Assembly: GCA_964442455.1 (NCBI GenBank)
Contig: CAYTZB010000004.1
Coordinates: 7,425 to 71,424 of the forward strand
Length of the DNA stretch: 64,000 bases
Source: an uncultured Gammaproteobacteria bacterium
GTDB taxonomy: Bacteria; Patescibacteriota; Microgenomatia; UBA8517; JACQJR01
Direction of reading: 5' to 3'
In this document: in pieces, positions 28,542 through 37,355 of the stretch
Numbering within the stretch: position 1 is the first letter of the stretch
Layout: every line of letters begins with the position of its first letter
Made by a program: the position numbers and the translations under genes
The notes under the pieces: model-generated
The model's database searches: none
Seen by the model: the letters and a program-made list of their open reading frames with translations, nothing else
What the model was told of the DNA's origin: nothing

Positions 28542-28994
28542 TCAACTAAAGCTTGTCAACCTAGAATTAATAACTTTTCGAATTACTCCCCAAGAAAATC
28601 CTCGGCTTGATAAAAAATTTACTATTTTTTTCTTTCTTGTTTCCTTGTCTAACTTTTCCCATACCCTCTTTCTCTTTTCAATTAATTGAAAAACTAGTTC
28701 TTCGTCATTTAAGCCACTTTCCGAAACCACTTTTTGTGCTAGATCTTTATCAACGCCCTTCTTTACTAGTTCAAGTATCAACATCCGCAGCGATTTGGGG
28801 CGAAAAGTGGTACGCTGTTCAATCCACCAACGGGCAAACGCTTCGTCGTCAACAAGTCCTGCTTTTTTTAATTCTTGGAGGGCTACTTTACAATCCTCCC
28901 CGCTTATTTTTTTTCGGACTAACCACCGCTTAATCTCAAATTCAGAGCGAGGACGAATGGTGGTAAATTTTATGAGGCGATCCAACAATTCCAT
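28542..28994 (-). CDS. recX: RecA regulator RecX
   Basis: It is 150 aa with a three-repeat helical architecture and RecX-like conservation, located downstream of recA. Confidence 0.75.
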   Translation of the reverse strand: MELLDRLIKFTTIRPRSEFEIKRWLVRKKISGEDCKVALQELKKAGLVDDEAFARWWIEQRTTFRPKSLRMLILELVKKGVDKDLAQKVVSESGLNDEELVFQLIEKRKRVWEKLDKETRKKKIVNFLSSRGFSWGVIRKVINSRLTSFS

Positions 28995-29135
28995 AAATTC
29001 GAAGCACGAAGCACTAAATTCGAAACAAACTCAAAATTATAAATACAAAATAACAAAAAAGTTTAGAATTTGAAGCATTTGAATTTAAATATTGTTTAGA
29101 GTTTCGGATTTGAAATTTCGAATTTCCGAGCTTAC
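28995..29135. repeat. family-A AT-rich palindromic intergenic repeat, copy a (inverted relative to copies b-d)
   Basis: It carries aaattcgaaac...ccaaaatt...gaatttaaatattgtttag...atttcgaatttcc with cgaagcacgaagcac arms. Related copies lie at 35110, 38873 and 58784. Confidence 0.5.
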
Positions 29136-29140
29136 ATCGG

Positions 29141-30190
29141 CTACTCTTCACTATTTCCCGTTTCTGCTTCTCCAATTTTTGTTGGCACTTTTTTACTTTC
29201 AGCAGCTGTTCTTCGTGCTTTTTCCTCAACCTCTTTCAAAATCTTTTGATGCTCCCCAAGAAACGCGATTGCCGCTTGGCGACCTTGGCCTATGACTTGG
29301 GTTCCGTAACGAAAGAATGAACCTTGTTTGGTAATAACACCAAACTCTGCTGCTACATCAAGTATTCCTCCTGCTTTAGAAACTCCACCCATATTCATAA
29401 TATCAAATTCTGCAACCCTGAAAGGTGGTGCAACTTTATTTTTAACCACGCGTGCTCTGTGTCGCGAACCAATGACGAGATCTCCATCCTTTATTGTGTC
29501 AATTTTTCGAATATCAATTCGGACCGACGCATAAAATTTAAGCGCTAAACCTCCCGGAGTCACTTCCGGGTTACCAAACATAACGCCTATTTTTTGCCGT
29601 AATTGATTGGTAAAAATGACTACGGTGCGTGACTTGGAAATTGCACCAGTTAACTTTCGAAGCGCTTGCGACATTAAGCGTGCCTGGACACCAATCATCG
29701 CATCGCCCATTTCTCCTTCAAGTTCAGCTCGGGGGACGAGTGCAGCAACTGAATCAATAACCACAACATCAACTGCGCCCGACCTGACAAGCGTTTCTAC
29801 AATCTCAAGCCCTTGCTCTCCCGTATCGGGTTGAGAGATAAGTAACTCATTAAGATTCACACCGATTGATTCGGCTCGAGCAGGGTCCAACGCATGTTCT
29901 GCATCAATAAATGCGGCAGTGCCACCCATCTTTTGGGCTTCTGCTATAACATGAAGCGCTAACGTTGTTTTTCCTGAAGCTTCAGGCCCATAAACCTCGA
30001 CTATTCTGCCCCGAGGAAGACCGCCAACACCAAGGGCTAAATCTAAGGCTATTGAACCTGTGGGAATAACATCTACCTTAAGGCGCGAATCCGCTGCTTC
30101 TCCCAACTTCATAATTGACCCCCGACCCCATTGCTTCTCAATCTGCTCAATTGCCAATTTTATCGCATCAAGTTTTGCTCCCTGTGCCAT
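29141..30190 (-). CDS. recA: recombinase RecA
   Basis: Walker A (GPEASGKTT), the L1/L2 loops and length of 349 aa are unmistakably RecA. Confidence 0.95.
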   Translation of the reverse strand: MAQGAKLDAIKLAIEQIEKQWGRGSIMKLGEAADSRLKVDVIPTGSIALDLALGVGGLPRGRIVEVYGPEASGKTTLALHVIAEAQKMGGTAAFIDAEHALDPARAESIGVNLNELLISQPDTGEQGLEIVETLVRSGAVDVVVIDSVAALVPRAELEGEMGDAMIGVQARLMSQALRKLTGAISKSRTVVIFTNQLRQKIGVMFGNPEVTPGGLALKFYASVRIDIRKIDTIKDGDLVIGSRHRARVVKNKVAPPFRVAEFDIMNMGGVSKAGGILDVAAEFGVITKQGSFFRYGTQVIGQGRQAAIAFLGEHQKILKEVEEKARRTAAESKKVPTKIGEAETGNSEE

Positions 30191-30255
30191 GGCATTCTTC
30201 TTGTACTACTTCTTCGGGAAAATTTCAATATGTAAAATGTGTCGGGGAGCCGGGA

Positions 30256-30283
30256 ATATCAGTTTTGCTCGCAAAACTGATAT
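30256..30283. promoter_or_regulatory. 28-bp near-perfect palindrome (11-bp arms ATATCAGTTTT / AAAACTGATAT) in the recA upstream region; candidate operator
   Basis: The inverted repeat is exact. It lies 66-93 nt upstream of the recA start, between tRNA-Pro and recA. Confidence 0.35.
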
Positions 30284-30376
30284 GTCTTACCTCACTTTGT
30301 TGTTCAAATGCTTTCGCTTTCGCAAGTCGCGAGGGGCGATATTGAACACGCACCTTTACCCCGTACCGATTTCTTG

Positions 30377-30448
30377 TCGGGGTGCCCAGAATTGAACTGG
30401 GACCTTACGCACCCCATGCGCAAATACTAACCGTTATACTACACCCCG
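30377..30448 (-). tRNA. tRNA-Pro (anticodon GGG)
   Basis: A cloverleaf was folded manually. The acceptor stem is CGGGGTG/CACCCCG, the T-arm is CCCAG-TTCAATT-CTGGG and the anticodon stem is TGCGC/GCGTA with loop ATGGGGT. The CCA end is not encoded. Confidence 0.8.
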
Positions 30449-30500
30449 AAATCTGGTACGGGACCATGCGCGTATTCTACCGTTAAACTACTCCCCGCTA
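30449..30500 (-). pseudogene. degenerate partial copy (5' two-thirds) of tRNA-Pro immediately upstream of the intact gene
   Basis: It is about 80% identical to tRNA-Pro over acceptor 5' strand, D-arm and anticodon arm (CGGGGAGTAGTTTAACGGTAGAATACGCGCATGG...). No T-arm is present. Confidence 0.3.
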
Positions 30501-30513
30501 ACTCTCCTGGAGC

Positions 30514-32268
30514 GTGTATATTGTATCATTTAAGCCCATCATACTTCCACTGAACCTACACCACTTGCAAGCAACGGGTAAAATAGCTCACTATAGTAAA
30601 GAGAATGTATTACAAAAACCAATGAATACTATCCTTAAAAATCTTACAAGCAAACCGTTATTTTTAATAGTTGTTTTAGCCCTTTTTTTGCGATTTATAA
30701 ACTTAGCAGACTACCCTTTTGGTTTCCATGCTGACGAAGTGCGAGTTGGCTGGAATGCCTTATCAATTGCAAAAACAGGAAAAGATGATAGAGGAAATGC
30801 GTTGGCCGTTCATTACAATACCTTTGGCGACTATAGACCAACGGGAATTTTTTATTTGACAATTCCCTCAATAATAATCTTCGGTAGAAATGAGTTTGCG
30901 GTACGATTTCCTTCTGCTTTATTGGGAGCACTTACTGTGCTTCCTCTCTTTTTCTTAGTACTAGAGATTACAAAAAAGAAAAATTTAGCATTACTTTCCG
31001 CACTTTTACTTGCTATTTCTCCTTGGCATATAGCAACAAGTCGGGCAACAAGTGAAGTGGTAATCGCTCTATTTTTGGTACTTTTTGGTTTATTCTTTTT
31101 ATTAAAAGCTTTTAGGGAAAAATCAAACAAACTGTTTTTTGTAAGTCTGGTCTTTTTAGTTCTCAGTTATTTCTTTTATCACTCTGCACGCATTCTTGTC
31201 CCTCTTTTTGTAGGAACCTTAATTATTTATTTTTGGCAAGAAATTAAAAGCACAAACTTAACCAGAAAAGCATTTGCAGTATTTTTGTTTCTTTTAATTT
31301 TAACTGCCCTCTTTGCTTCAAACAAAGAAGCGAGAGGTCGTTTTTCTCAGGTATCTATTCTTAATGATTTAGATGTTTCGTATGAACTTTCCCGCATGCC
31401 CTTTGAGGAAGGACCCAACAGGGTTTTTGTCGCCCGACTGTTCCACAATAAACCATCGGTTTATGCAAGGCGTTTTATAAACGAATATGCAAATTATTTC
31501 AGTGCCAACTTTTTGGTAGGAAATGTTGCAAAACCACTCCGTTATACAACTCCAGGTATAGGGCTACTTACCTATTTTGAGGCCTTTCTTTTTCTTTTTG
31601 GTTTAATCTCTATAGCTCAAAAAAGACACAGTATCCTTCTTCTTTTTCTCCTTCTCGTGTCACCAGTACCGGCGGGACTCACAATGGAGGATTCACCAAA
31701 CTTACACCGTGCACTTTTTATGCTCCCTTTCATAGCAATTATTGCAGCGTATGGTTTTTATCAACTCAAACAGGTGGAAAGATTTAAGAAAGAAATCATT
31801 TTTGCGACTTCTCTTGGTCTTGCCTTAAATTTTATATTTTTCCTTCACATGTATTTTGTTCATGCAAAAGTTCATATCCCTCTTTACAGAAACATTGGTG
31901 CAAAAGAGCTGGCGCTACAGTTGAACAAGTTACAAAAAGACTACGACAAAATAGTACTCACCAACATTCCCGACGATCCCTATCCATGGATTGCTTTCTT
32001 TACAGGAAGGGATCCTAAGGTATTCAATAAAGATGCGATAATGAGAGAAAAGGGAACATGGACAAGTGAGAATTTTGTTTTTACGGGTTTAAGATGTCCA
32101 TCAAGAGATGCTTTTGAACAACCTGATGTTAGGCGACTTTTGGTTGTTGATGCCGAAGGATGTGCAAGCGAGAGTAATCTGAAGAGTAGAGAAGATGTGG
32201 TTATACTCAAGCAAATCAAAAGACCGGACCAGTCCGAGGTTTATACTCTTTGGTCTAAAACTGAATAG
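30514..32268 (+). CDS. glycosyltransferase family 39 (PMT/ArnT-like) membrane protein; the start is likely at 30622 (MNTILKNL...)
   Basis: It has an N-terminal multi-TM domain with a DE-type loop (HADEVR) and GT-C architecture, followed by a C-terminal soluble domain. Confidence 0.7.
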   Translation: MYIVSFKPIILPLNLHHLQATGKIAHYSKENVLQKPMNTILKNLTSKPLFLIVVLALFLRFINLADYPFGFHADEVRVGWNALSIAKTGKDDRGNALAVHYNTFGDYRPTGIFYLTIPSIIIFGRNEFAVRFPSALLGALTVLPLFFLVLEITKKKNLALLSALLLAISPWHIATSRATSEVVIALFLVLFGLFFLLKAFREKSNKLFFVSLVFLVLSYFFYHSARILVPLFVGTLIIYFWQEIKSTNLTRKAFAVFLFLLILTALFASNKEARGRFSQVSILNDLDVSYELSRMPFEEGPNRVFVARLFHNKPSVYARRFINEYANYFSANFLVGNVAKPLRYTTPGIGLLTYFEAFLFLFGLISIAQKRHSILLLFLLLVSPVPAGLTMEDSPNLHRALFMLPFIAIIAAYGFYQLKQVERFKKEIIFATSLGLALNFIFFLHMYFVHAKVHIPLYRNIGAKELALQLNKLQKDYDKIVLTNIPDDPYPWIAFFTGRDPKVFNKDAIMREKGTWTSENFVFTGLRCPSRDAFEQPDVRRLLVVDAEGCASESNLKSREDVVILKQIKRPDQSEVYTLWSKTE

Positions 32269-33010
32269 CGGAGTTGTCTTTAATCCAAATCATCGCTCCA
32301 AATCTTCCGGTTGGTTTTTGTTTTCTCTCAGAAAAAAATAAATCAGGATTATCGAATGTACAAAGATTCGCAATCTCAATATTTTTCTCTTTTACTCCTC
32401 TTTCAATTAATTGAAATCTGTTCGCTTTCCATAAATCTAAACGGGCATGGCCTTTTCTTTTTTTTGAAAACAATTTATCTGCGTACTTAAACTTGTACTT
32501 AAACTGATTAATAACGTTGGCATCAACCTCATAGCAGCAAGGACCGATTGAAGGACCAATACCAACAATTAAATCCGTAGGGTTTGTCCCAAAATGGTCT
32601 TCCATATGCTGGACTGCGAGTCTTGTAATTTCCTGCACAGTCCCAAGCCAACCCGCATGTACCGCACCTACAACTTTATGCACAGGATCAACTAACATTA
32701 TCGGAACGCAATCGGCAACTTTAATGAAGAGGGGAACGTCAGGTTCCTTAGTAATAAGTGCATCGCGTTCTAAAATTACATGTCCCTTATCCTTTTCGCC
32801 TACTACCGCCACATGATTCCCATGCACTTGTTGTGCATCAACTACATCTTTTTCTTTAACACCAATCGTTTTAAAAAATTTTTCTCTGGAATTTTTTACA
32901 CTTCCAAAATCTCTTGTCGAAACCGCATGTCGCAACCAAGGAATTTGAGAAAGATTCCTAAACTGAAAAATTTTAAGACCCGAGAGTTCAGTAAATGGCA
33001 TAGGATTCAC
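32255..33010 (-). CDS. pgeF: YfiH/PgeF-family (DUF152, laccase-domain) purine nucleoside phosphorylase / peptidoglycan editing factor
   Basis: Conserved His/Cys blocks (QVHGNHV, VADCVP, HAGWLGT) are present. Confidence 0.8.
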   Translation of the reverse strand: MNPMPFTELSGLKIFQFRNLSQIPWLRHAVSTRDFGSVKNSREKFFKTIGVKEKDVVDAQQVHGNHVAVVGEKDKGHVILERDALITKEPDVPLFIKVADCVPIMLVDPVHKVVGAVHAGWLGTVQEITRLAVQHMEDHFGTNPTDLIVGIGPSIGPCCYEVDANVINQFKYKFKYADKLFSKKRKGHARLDLWKANRFQLIERGVKEKNIEIANLCTFDNPDLFFSERKQKPTGRFGAMIWIKDNSAIQF

Positions 33011-33027
33011 ACATTATACCTCTTAAT

Positions 33028-34674
33028 TTGCCTTTTTTGATAAATATGCTATACTCTTCTTCAATAATTACTGCTCCTCTCAAAATGAGCATTGCAGAAC
33101 TGCAACCAACTCCAGAAAGAGCACGAGCCACCTACACCCCCACCCTCGAACAAGCCCGCGAACTTGCACGTCTCAACACGCTTATTCCCATTTATCGCAC
33201 GCTCCCTGCAGACTTAGAAACACCAGTTACCGCGTATGTAAAACTCACAAGCGGGGAAAAGAAGACTGAATGGTCCCCCTCATTTCTCCTTGAAAGTGTA
33301 GAGGGAGGAAACCTTGGACGTTATAGCTTTTTAGTTACTGCACCAAAATGGGGGATTGAACTGCCTGTTGAAGGGGGATGGCTAGAACGACAACCTAATG
33401 GTTCAAAGCTGCATAATCCTGGCGAAGTAGTCGACCCCCTAATACCAATAGAAGAAAGAATGAGACGGCAAGTAGCAAGAGTTACCGGTTTACCCCGCTT
33501 TCATGGAGGATTTATTGGGTACATTGGGTTTGAAGTCGTAAGAGCCTTTGAAAGAAAACCCACGCTCCAAAATCCCAACCCAAGCACAACAGGCGTTCCC
33601 GACGCTATGCTCGCCCAAGTTGATGACCTTGTTGCATTTGACCATGTGACAAAAGAAATGAAAGTGATAACGCACCTCGCGGTCGAAGACCCACAACATA
33701 TTGATACTCTCTATGCCGCAGCAGTTGAGCGTATTGAAGCGATTGTTGACAAATTGCGCAAACCATTTGACCCTAAAACGCTAATCTCTGGCACAGTTCC
33801 CCCGTTACAAGCGGAGCCCACTTCAAACTTCGAACGCGCGCCATACCTAGAAATGGTAGCAGAAGCTCGTCACAAAGTTATTGAAGGAGAAGTTATCCAA
33901 GTAGTAGTCTCGCAGCGATGGGAACAAAAGACATCGGCTGACCCTTTTAAAATTTATCGTGCACGGCGGCGAGTAGACCCTTCTCCTTTCCAATTTTTCT
34001 TTGACTACGATGGGTTCCAGCTCATTGGTGCCTCTCCCGAGCTTCTGGTGAAAGTTGAAAACGGAAAAGTCACTACTTGGCCCCTTGCAGGAACTAGACC
34101 ACGCTCTCCTGATGCAACACCTGAAGAAGATGCTGCACTCGCAGAAGAACTCTTACACGATGAGAAAGAACTAGCAGAACATTTGATGTTAGTTGATTTA
34201 GGACGTAATGATATTGGAAGAGTAGCCATTCCTGGAACTGTAAAGGTAACAAAATTTAGGGAACCTGAGTTCTTCTCGAACGTCGTTCATCTCGGATCTC
34301 GCGTGGAAGGTTTACTTCGCCCAGAACTCACTTCCTTTGATGCGCTGCGCGCGTGCTTTCCCGCGGGAACAGTAGCGGGTGCACCTAAAATTCGAGCTAC
34401 AGAACTCATTTATGACTTTGAGCCTGACCGACGGGGTCCGTATGCGGGAGCAATTGGCTTCATCGACTATTCTGGGGGTTTGGAGGTAGCAATCACCATA
34501 CGTACTATGGTCTATAAAAAAGTTTTTGGGATACCCGTATATGGTATCGCCTATGTCCAATCGGGAGGGGGTATTGTCTACGACAGTGTGCCTGAAACGG
34601 AATATGAAGAGACAAGAGCGAAAGCGCGTGGAGGATTTCGATCAGTAAAGCTTGCAGAGGAAGAAGAATTTTAA
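33028..34674 (+). CDS. chorismate-utilising enzyme, anthranilate synthase component I / aminodeoxychorismate synthase-like
   Basis: TrpE/PabB C-terminal catalytic blocks are present (LAGTRPR, LMLVDLGRND, GAPKIRA, PYAGAIGF). No amidotransferase partner is adjacent. Confidence 0.7.
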   Translation: MPFLINMLYSSSIITAPLKMSIAELQPTPERARATYTPTLEQARELARLNTLIPIYRTLPADLETPVTAYVKLTSGEKKTEWSPSFLLESVEGGNLGRYSFLVTAPKWGIELPVEGGWLERQPNGSKLHNPGEVVDPLIPIEERMRRQVARVTGLPRFHGGFIGYIGFEVVRAFERKPTLQNPNPSTTGVPDAMLAQVDDLVAFDHVTKEMKVITHLAVEDPQHIDTLYAAAVERIEAIVDKLRKPFDPKTLISGTVPPLQAEPTSNFERAPYLEMVAEARHKVIEGEVIQVVVSQRWEQKTSADPFKIYRARRRVDPSPFQFFFDYDGFQLIGASPELLVKVENGKVTTWPLAGTRPRSPDATPEEDAALAEELLHDEKELAEHLMLVDLGRNDIGRVAIPGTVKVTKFREPEFFSNVVHLGSRVEGLLRPELTSFDALRACFPAGTVAGAPKIRATELIYDFEPDRRGPYAGAIGFIDYSGGLEVAITIRTMVYKKVFGIPVYGIAYVQSGGGIVYDSVPETEYEETRAKARGGFRSVKLAEEEEF

Positions 34675-34677
34675 CCC

Positions 34678-35109
34678 CTATCGCTTCGGAGATTGTTTCT
34701 TCCTCCTTGCCTTCCCGCCGGTTCCCACTTTTCGCCGCTCACGAATTCTCGCATCACGAGTTAAAAGCTTTTGTTTCTTGAGCGGTGGGCGAAACTGTTC
34801 GGGAGAGGCATTTGCAAGCGCACGCGCAATGCCCAAAACCGTTGCATCCAACTGACCCCCTTTGCCTCCCCCTTCCACCTTCACACTCACCCAATATTTA
34901 TCAAACGCACCCGCAACCTTAAATGGTCGCTCAAATAAAATTTTTGCAACTACTCCCGGAAAGTAATCGGTAAAGGGTATTCCATTCACGAGGTGCTCAT
35001 CATGACCTTTAAAGAGCCGTACACGCGCAATAGACTCTTTTCGACGCCCTACGGCGAAGATAAAGTCCTTAGTTTTTTTTGGTTCAATAGTTCGTTGTGC
35101 TGTAACCAT
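34678..35109 (-). CDS. rpsI: 30S ribosomal protein S9
   Basis: The S9 signature is present with a C-terminus ending ...KKQSPKR. Confidence 0.9.
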   Translation of the reverse strand: MVTAQRTIEPKKTKDFIFAVGRRKESIARVRLFKGHDEHLVNGIPFTDYFPGVVAKILFERPFKVAGAFDKYWVSVKVEGGGKGGQLDATVLGIARALANASPEQFRPPLKKQKLLTRDARIRERRKVGTGGKARRKKQSPKR

Positions 35110-35286
35110 ATAATTAAAATTCGAAATTCTAATATCGAAATTCGAAACAAATCCAAAATTATAATGTTCTAAATTATAAGCAGAGCTTGTTTCTCGCTAA
35201 CGCTCAAAATAAACGTTTTATCCGCCAGATGGCGGATTGAATTTAAATATTGTTTAGGATTTCGTGCTTCGTGCTTCGAATTTATC
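35110..35286. repeat. family-A palindromic repeat, copy b, between rplM and rpsI; it has an embedded family-B-like segment plus an ATCCGCCAGATGGCGGAT hairpin, and overlaps the last ~10 codons of rplM
   Basis: The sequence similarity to the repeats at 28995, 38873 and 58784 is visible by eye. Confidence 0.45.
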
Positions 35287-35688
35287 GTCATATGTATGTT
35301 CTCCTCCTGCAAACACTTTTAAGCGTGCCATTCTTACCTTCTTGAGACGATTATCCGGCAACATTCCAGAAACGGCATGTTCAATAAGACGCTCCGGATG
35401 CGTGCTTCTCATCTTCGCTGCTGAAATCTCTTTCAGCCCAGAAGGATATCCTGAATATCGCCTATACACCTTTTGTACTTCCTTTCTGCCGGTCAATACT
35501 ACATCTTTGGCATTTGTCACCACAACATAATCACCCGCGTCAAGATGCGGCACATAGGTCCTCTTATGTTTCCCCATTAAAAATGTGGCCACCCCGGTCG
35601 CAAGCCGGCCGAGCACCTTCCCCTTTGCAGAAATCAAATGCCACTCCCTTTTTGTATCCTTTGCCCGTGGTTGGTATGTTGTGCCCAT
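35254..35688 (-). CDS. rplM: 50S ribosomal protein L13
   Basis: The protein is L13 throughout (MGTTYQPRAKDTKREWHLISAKGKVLGRLA...). Confidence 0.9.
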   Translation of the reverse strand: MGTTYQPRAKDTKREWHLISAKGKVLGRLATGVATFLMGKHKRTYVPHLDAGDYVVVTNAKDVVLTGRKEVQKVYRRYSGYPSGLKEISAAKMRSTHPERLIEHAVSGMLPDNRLKKVRMARLKVFAGGEHTYDDKFEARSTKS

Positions 35689-35691
35689 TTT

Positions 35692-36111
35692 TTATTTTTT
35701 ATTTTCTAATTTCTTAGTCTTAGACTTAGACGCTTCATCCTTAGTTTCAACTTTTTCCCTACTCCACATAAGTCGCACCATTGGCGCATTATCTCCCGCT
35801 CGTCGCCCAGCGCGAACCATTCGGGTAAAGCCACTCGAGAGGGTAGCAAATCGAAGTTTTACTTCCTCTTCTAATTTGGCAACCGCACGCTTATTGTGTG
35901 CAAATTCAGACAGAAGTGCTCGTCTGGACGCGAGTGTTCTCTTCTTCGCAAGGGTAACTGCCTTATCAATTAAGGGTTTAACAGCTTTCGCACGAGGGAG
36001 TGTTGTTTCTATCGTTCCATGTTCTACCAATGAGACCACTAATGCACGGAAAAGCGCCGCTCGAGCGCCCGTATCTCTTGAAAATTTTCTCCCCATTACA
36101 TGCTTTTTCAT
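35692..36111 (-). CDS. rplQ: 50S ribosomal protein L17 (start at MKKHVMGRKF; the ORF-track N-extension is discounted)
   Basis: L17 family conservation is present, and it is the last gene of the alpha operon after rpoA. Confidence 0.85.
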   Translation of the reverse strand: MKKHVMGRKFSRDTGARAALFRALVVSLVEHGTIETTLPRAKAVKPLIDKAVTLAKKRTLASRRALLSEFAHNKRAVAKLEEEVKLRFATLSSGFTRMVRAGRRAGDNAPMVRLMWSREKVETKDEASKSKTKKLENKK

Positions 36112-36165
36112 TGAACATTCTTTTATATATCTGTTTAACCTTAGGTTAACTATACCGCAGGTCAA

Positions 36166-37080
36166 TTATACCATCGCCGGGAATTGTATCCCGTGCTCAC
36201 CGAGTGCTGCGGCAATAATCTTCAGCGATTTTTCACCCACATTACGTACACGAGAAAGCTCCTCGGGTTTTGCTCCAAGGAGTTGCCCTACCGTCTCATA
36301 TCCCCCTTTAACGAGCGCATTTGCAATTCGGGCAGGCAGATTTAGCTCCTCGACCGAAAGAGTTGCAATACCGGTTGAAATCCTTGGTTTCTCTCGAGAC
36401 TCTTGTTCTTTTATGCGTGGAGTAATAATTTGTGTAAAGTGAGCAACTAAAATTTCAGCTGCCCGCTTTATACTCTCCAGTGGGGGGACAGTCCCATCAG
36501 TCCAAAGCTCAAGTACCAACCTGTCGTAATTTGCGACACGACCGACTCGCGTCTCTTCGACCTTGTAGTTCACGCGTGTTACGGGAGAGAATACACTATC
36601 TATCGGAATGACTCCAATCGTGTTGCTTCTCCGGTCGTCTGCAGGAGAGAATCCTGTCCCTTGCTCAACCTGAAATTCTGCAGAAAAACGGACACCGGCG
36701 GATAATGTTGCAAGAGGAAGTTCGGGATTGACAACAGTAACAGCTGGTGAGCCCTTCAAATCTCCTGCCTTAATCACTCCAGGACCCTTTTTATCAACCG
36801 TCAACTTTGCGGGGGTAGTACCGGTATACTTAATTCTCACTTTCTTAAGATTTAATAAAAATGCAATCACGTCCTCTTTCATACCAGCAATTGTAGAAAA
36901 AGGATGACGAACTTTGTCAATTTTGGCACTGGTAATTGCAGCACCCACCAATCCGGTGAGAAGCACTCGACGCAATGCCGCCCCCAAGGTATGACCATAC
37001 CCTTGAGACAGCGGCTCAATCACAAACCGACCGTAATCAGGCTTTTCTTCGTCTTTTCTTAGTGTAAAAAGCAATTCCAT
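36166..37080 (-). CDS. rpoA: DNA-directed RNA polymerase subunit alpha
   Basis: N-terminal dimerisation and C-terminal domains are present. Length is 304 aa, and it sits between rpsD and rplQ. Confidence 0.95.
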   Translation of the reverse strand: MELLFTLRKDEEKPDYGRFVIEPLSQGYGHTLGAALRRVLLTGLVGAAITSAKIDKVRHPFSTIAGMKEDVIAFLLNLKKVRIKYTGTTPAKLTVDKKGPGVIKAGDLKGSPAVTVVNPELPLATLSAGVRFSAEFQVEQGTGFSPADDRRSNTIGVIPIDSVFSPVTRVNYKVEETRVGRVANYDRLVLELWTDGTVPPLESIKRAAEILVAHFTQIITPRIKEQESREKPRISTGIATLSVEELNLPARIANALVKGGYETVGQLLGAKPEELSRVRNVGEKSLKIIAAALGEHGIQFPAMV

Positions 37081-37140
37081 ACAAAAAGCCCCGTGTTAAG
37101 GGCCATTATTAAGTCTACACTATTTTTAAACAATACGCAA

Positions 37141-37345
37141 GAACGTACTCATTATCGTGAGTAAGAACCTACGCTTCGCGTAGAACCTTGTTCCCTAACG
37201 AGAGTAAGCAGAGCTTGTTCTCTAACGAGAATAAGAACCTGCTTCGCAGAACCTTGTTTCTCGCTTTGCTCAAAATAAGAACCTCGCCTTCGGCGAGAAC
37301 CTTGTTCCCTTAACGGGAATAAGAGATTCTCTCTTTGCTCGACTC
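37141..37345. repeat. family-B degenerate tandem repeats (about 4-5 units of gaaccttgttcyctaacgRgaRtaag) in the rpoA-rpsD spacer
   Basis: The unit recurs with a period of about 27-45 nt. A related fragment lies at 35166-35205. Confidence 0.45.
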
Positions 37346-37355
37346 CTCTTGTTCT

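Noticed and set aside
29014-29229. ORF-track CDS of 71 aa overlapping the recA 3' end and the family-A repeat.
   Set aside because: The sequence is low-complexity K/Q-rich and derives from the AT-rich palindromic repeat. It overlaps the intact recA stop region and is a spurious ORF.
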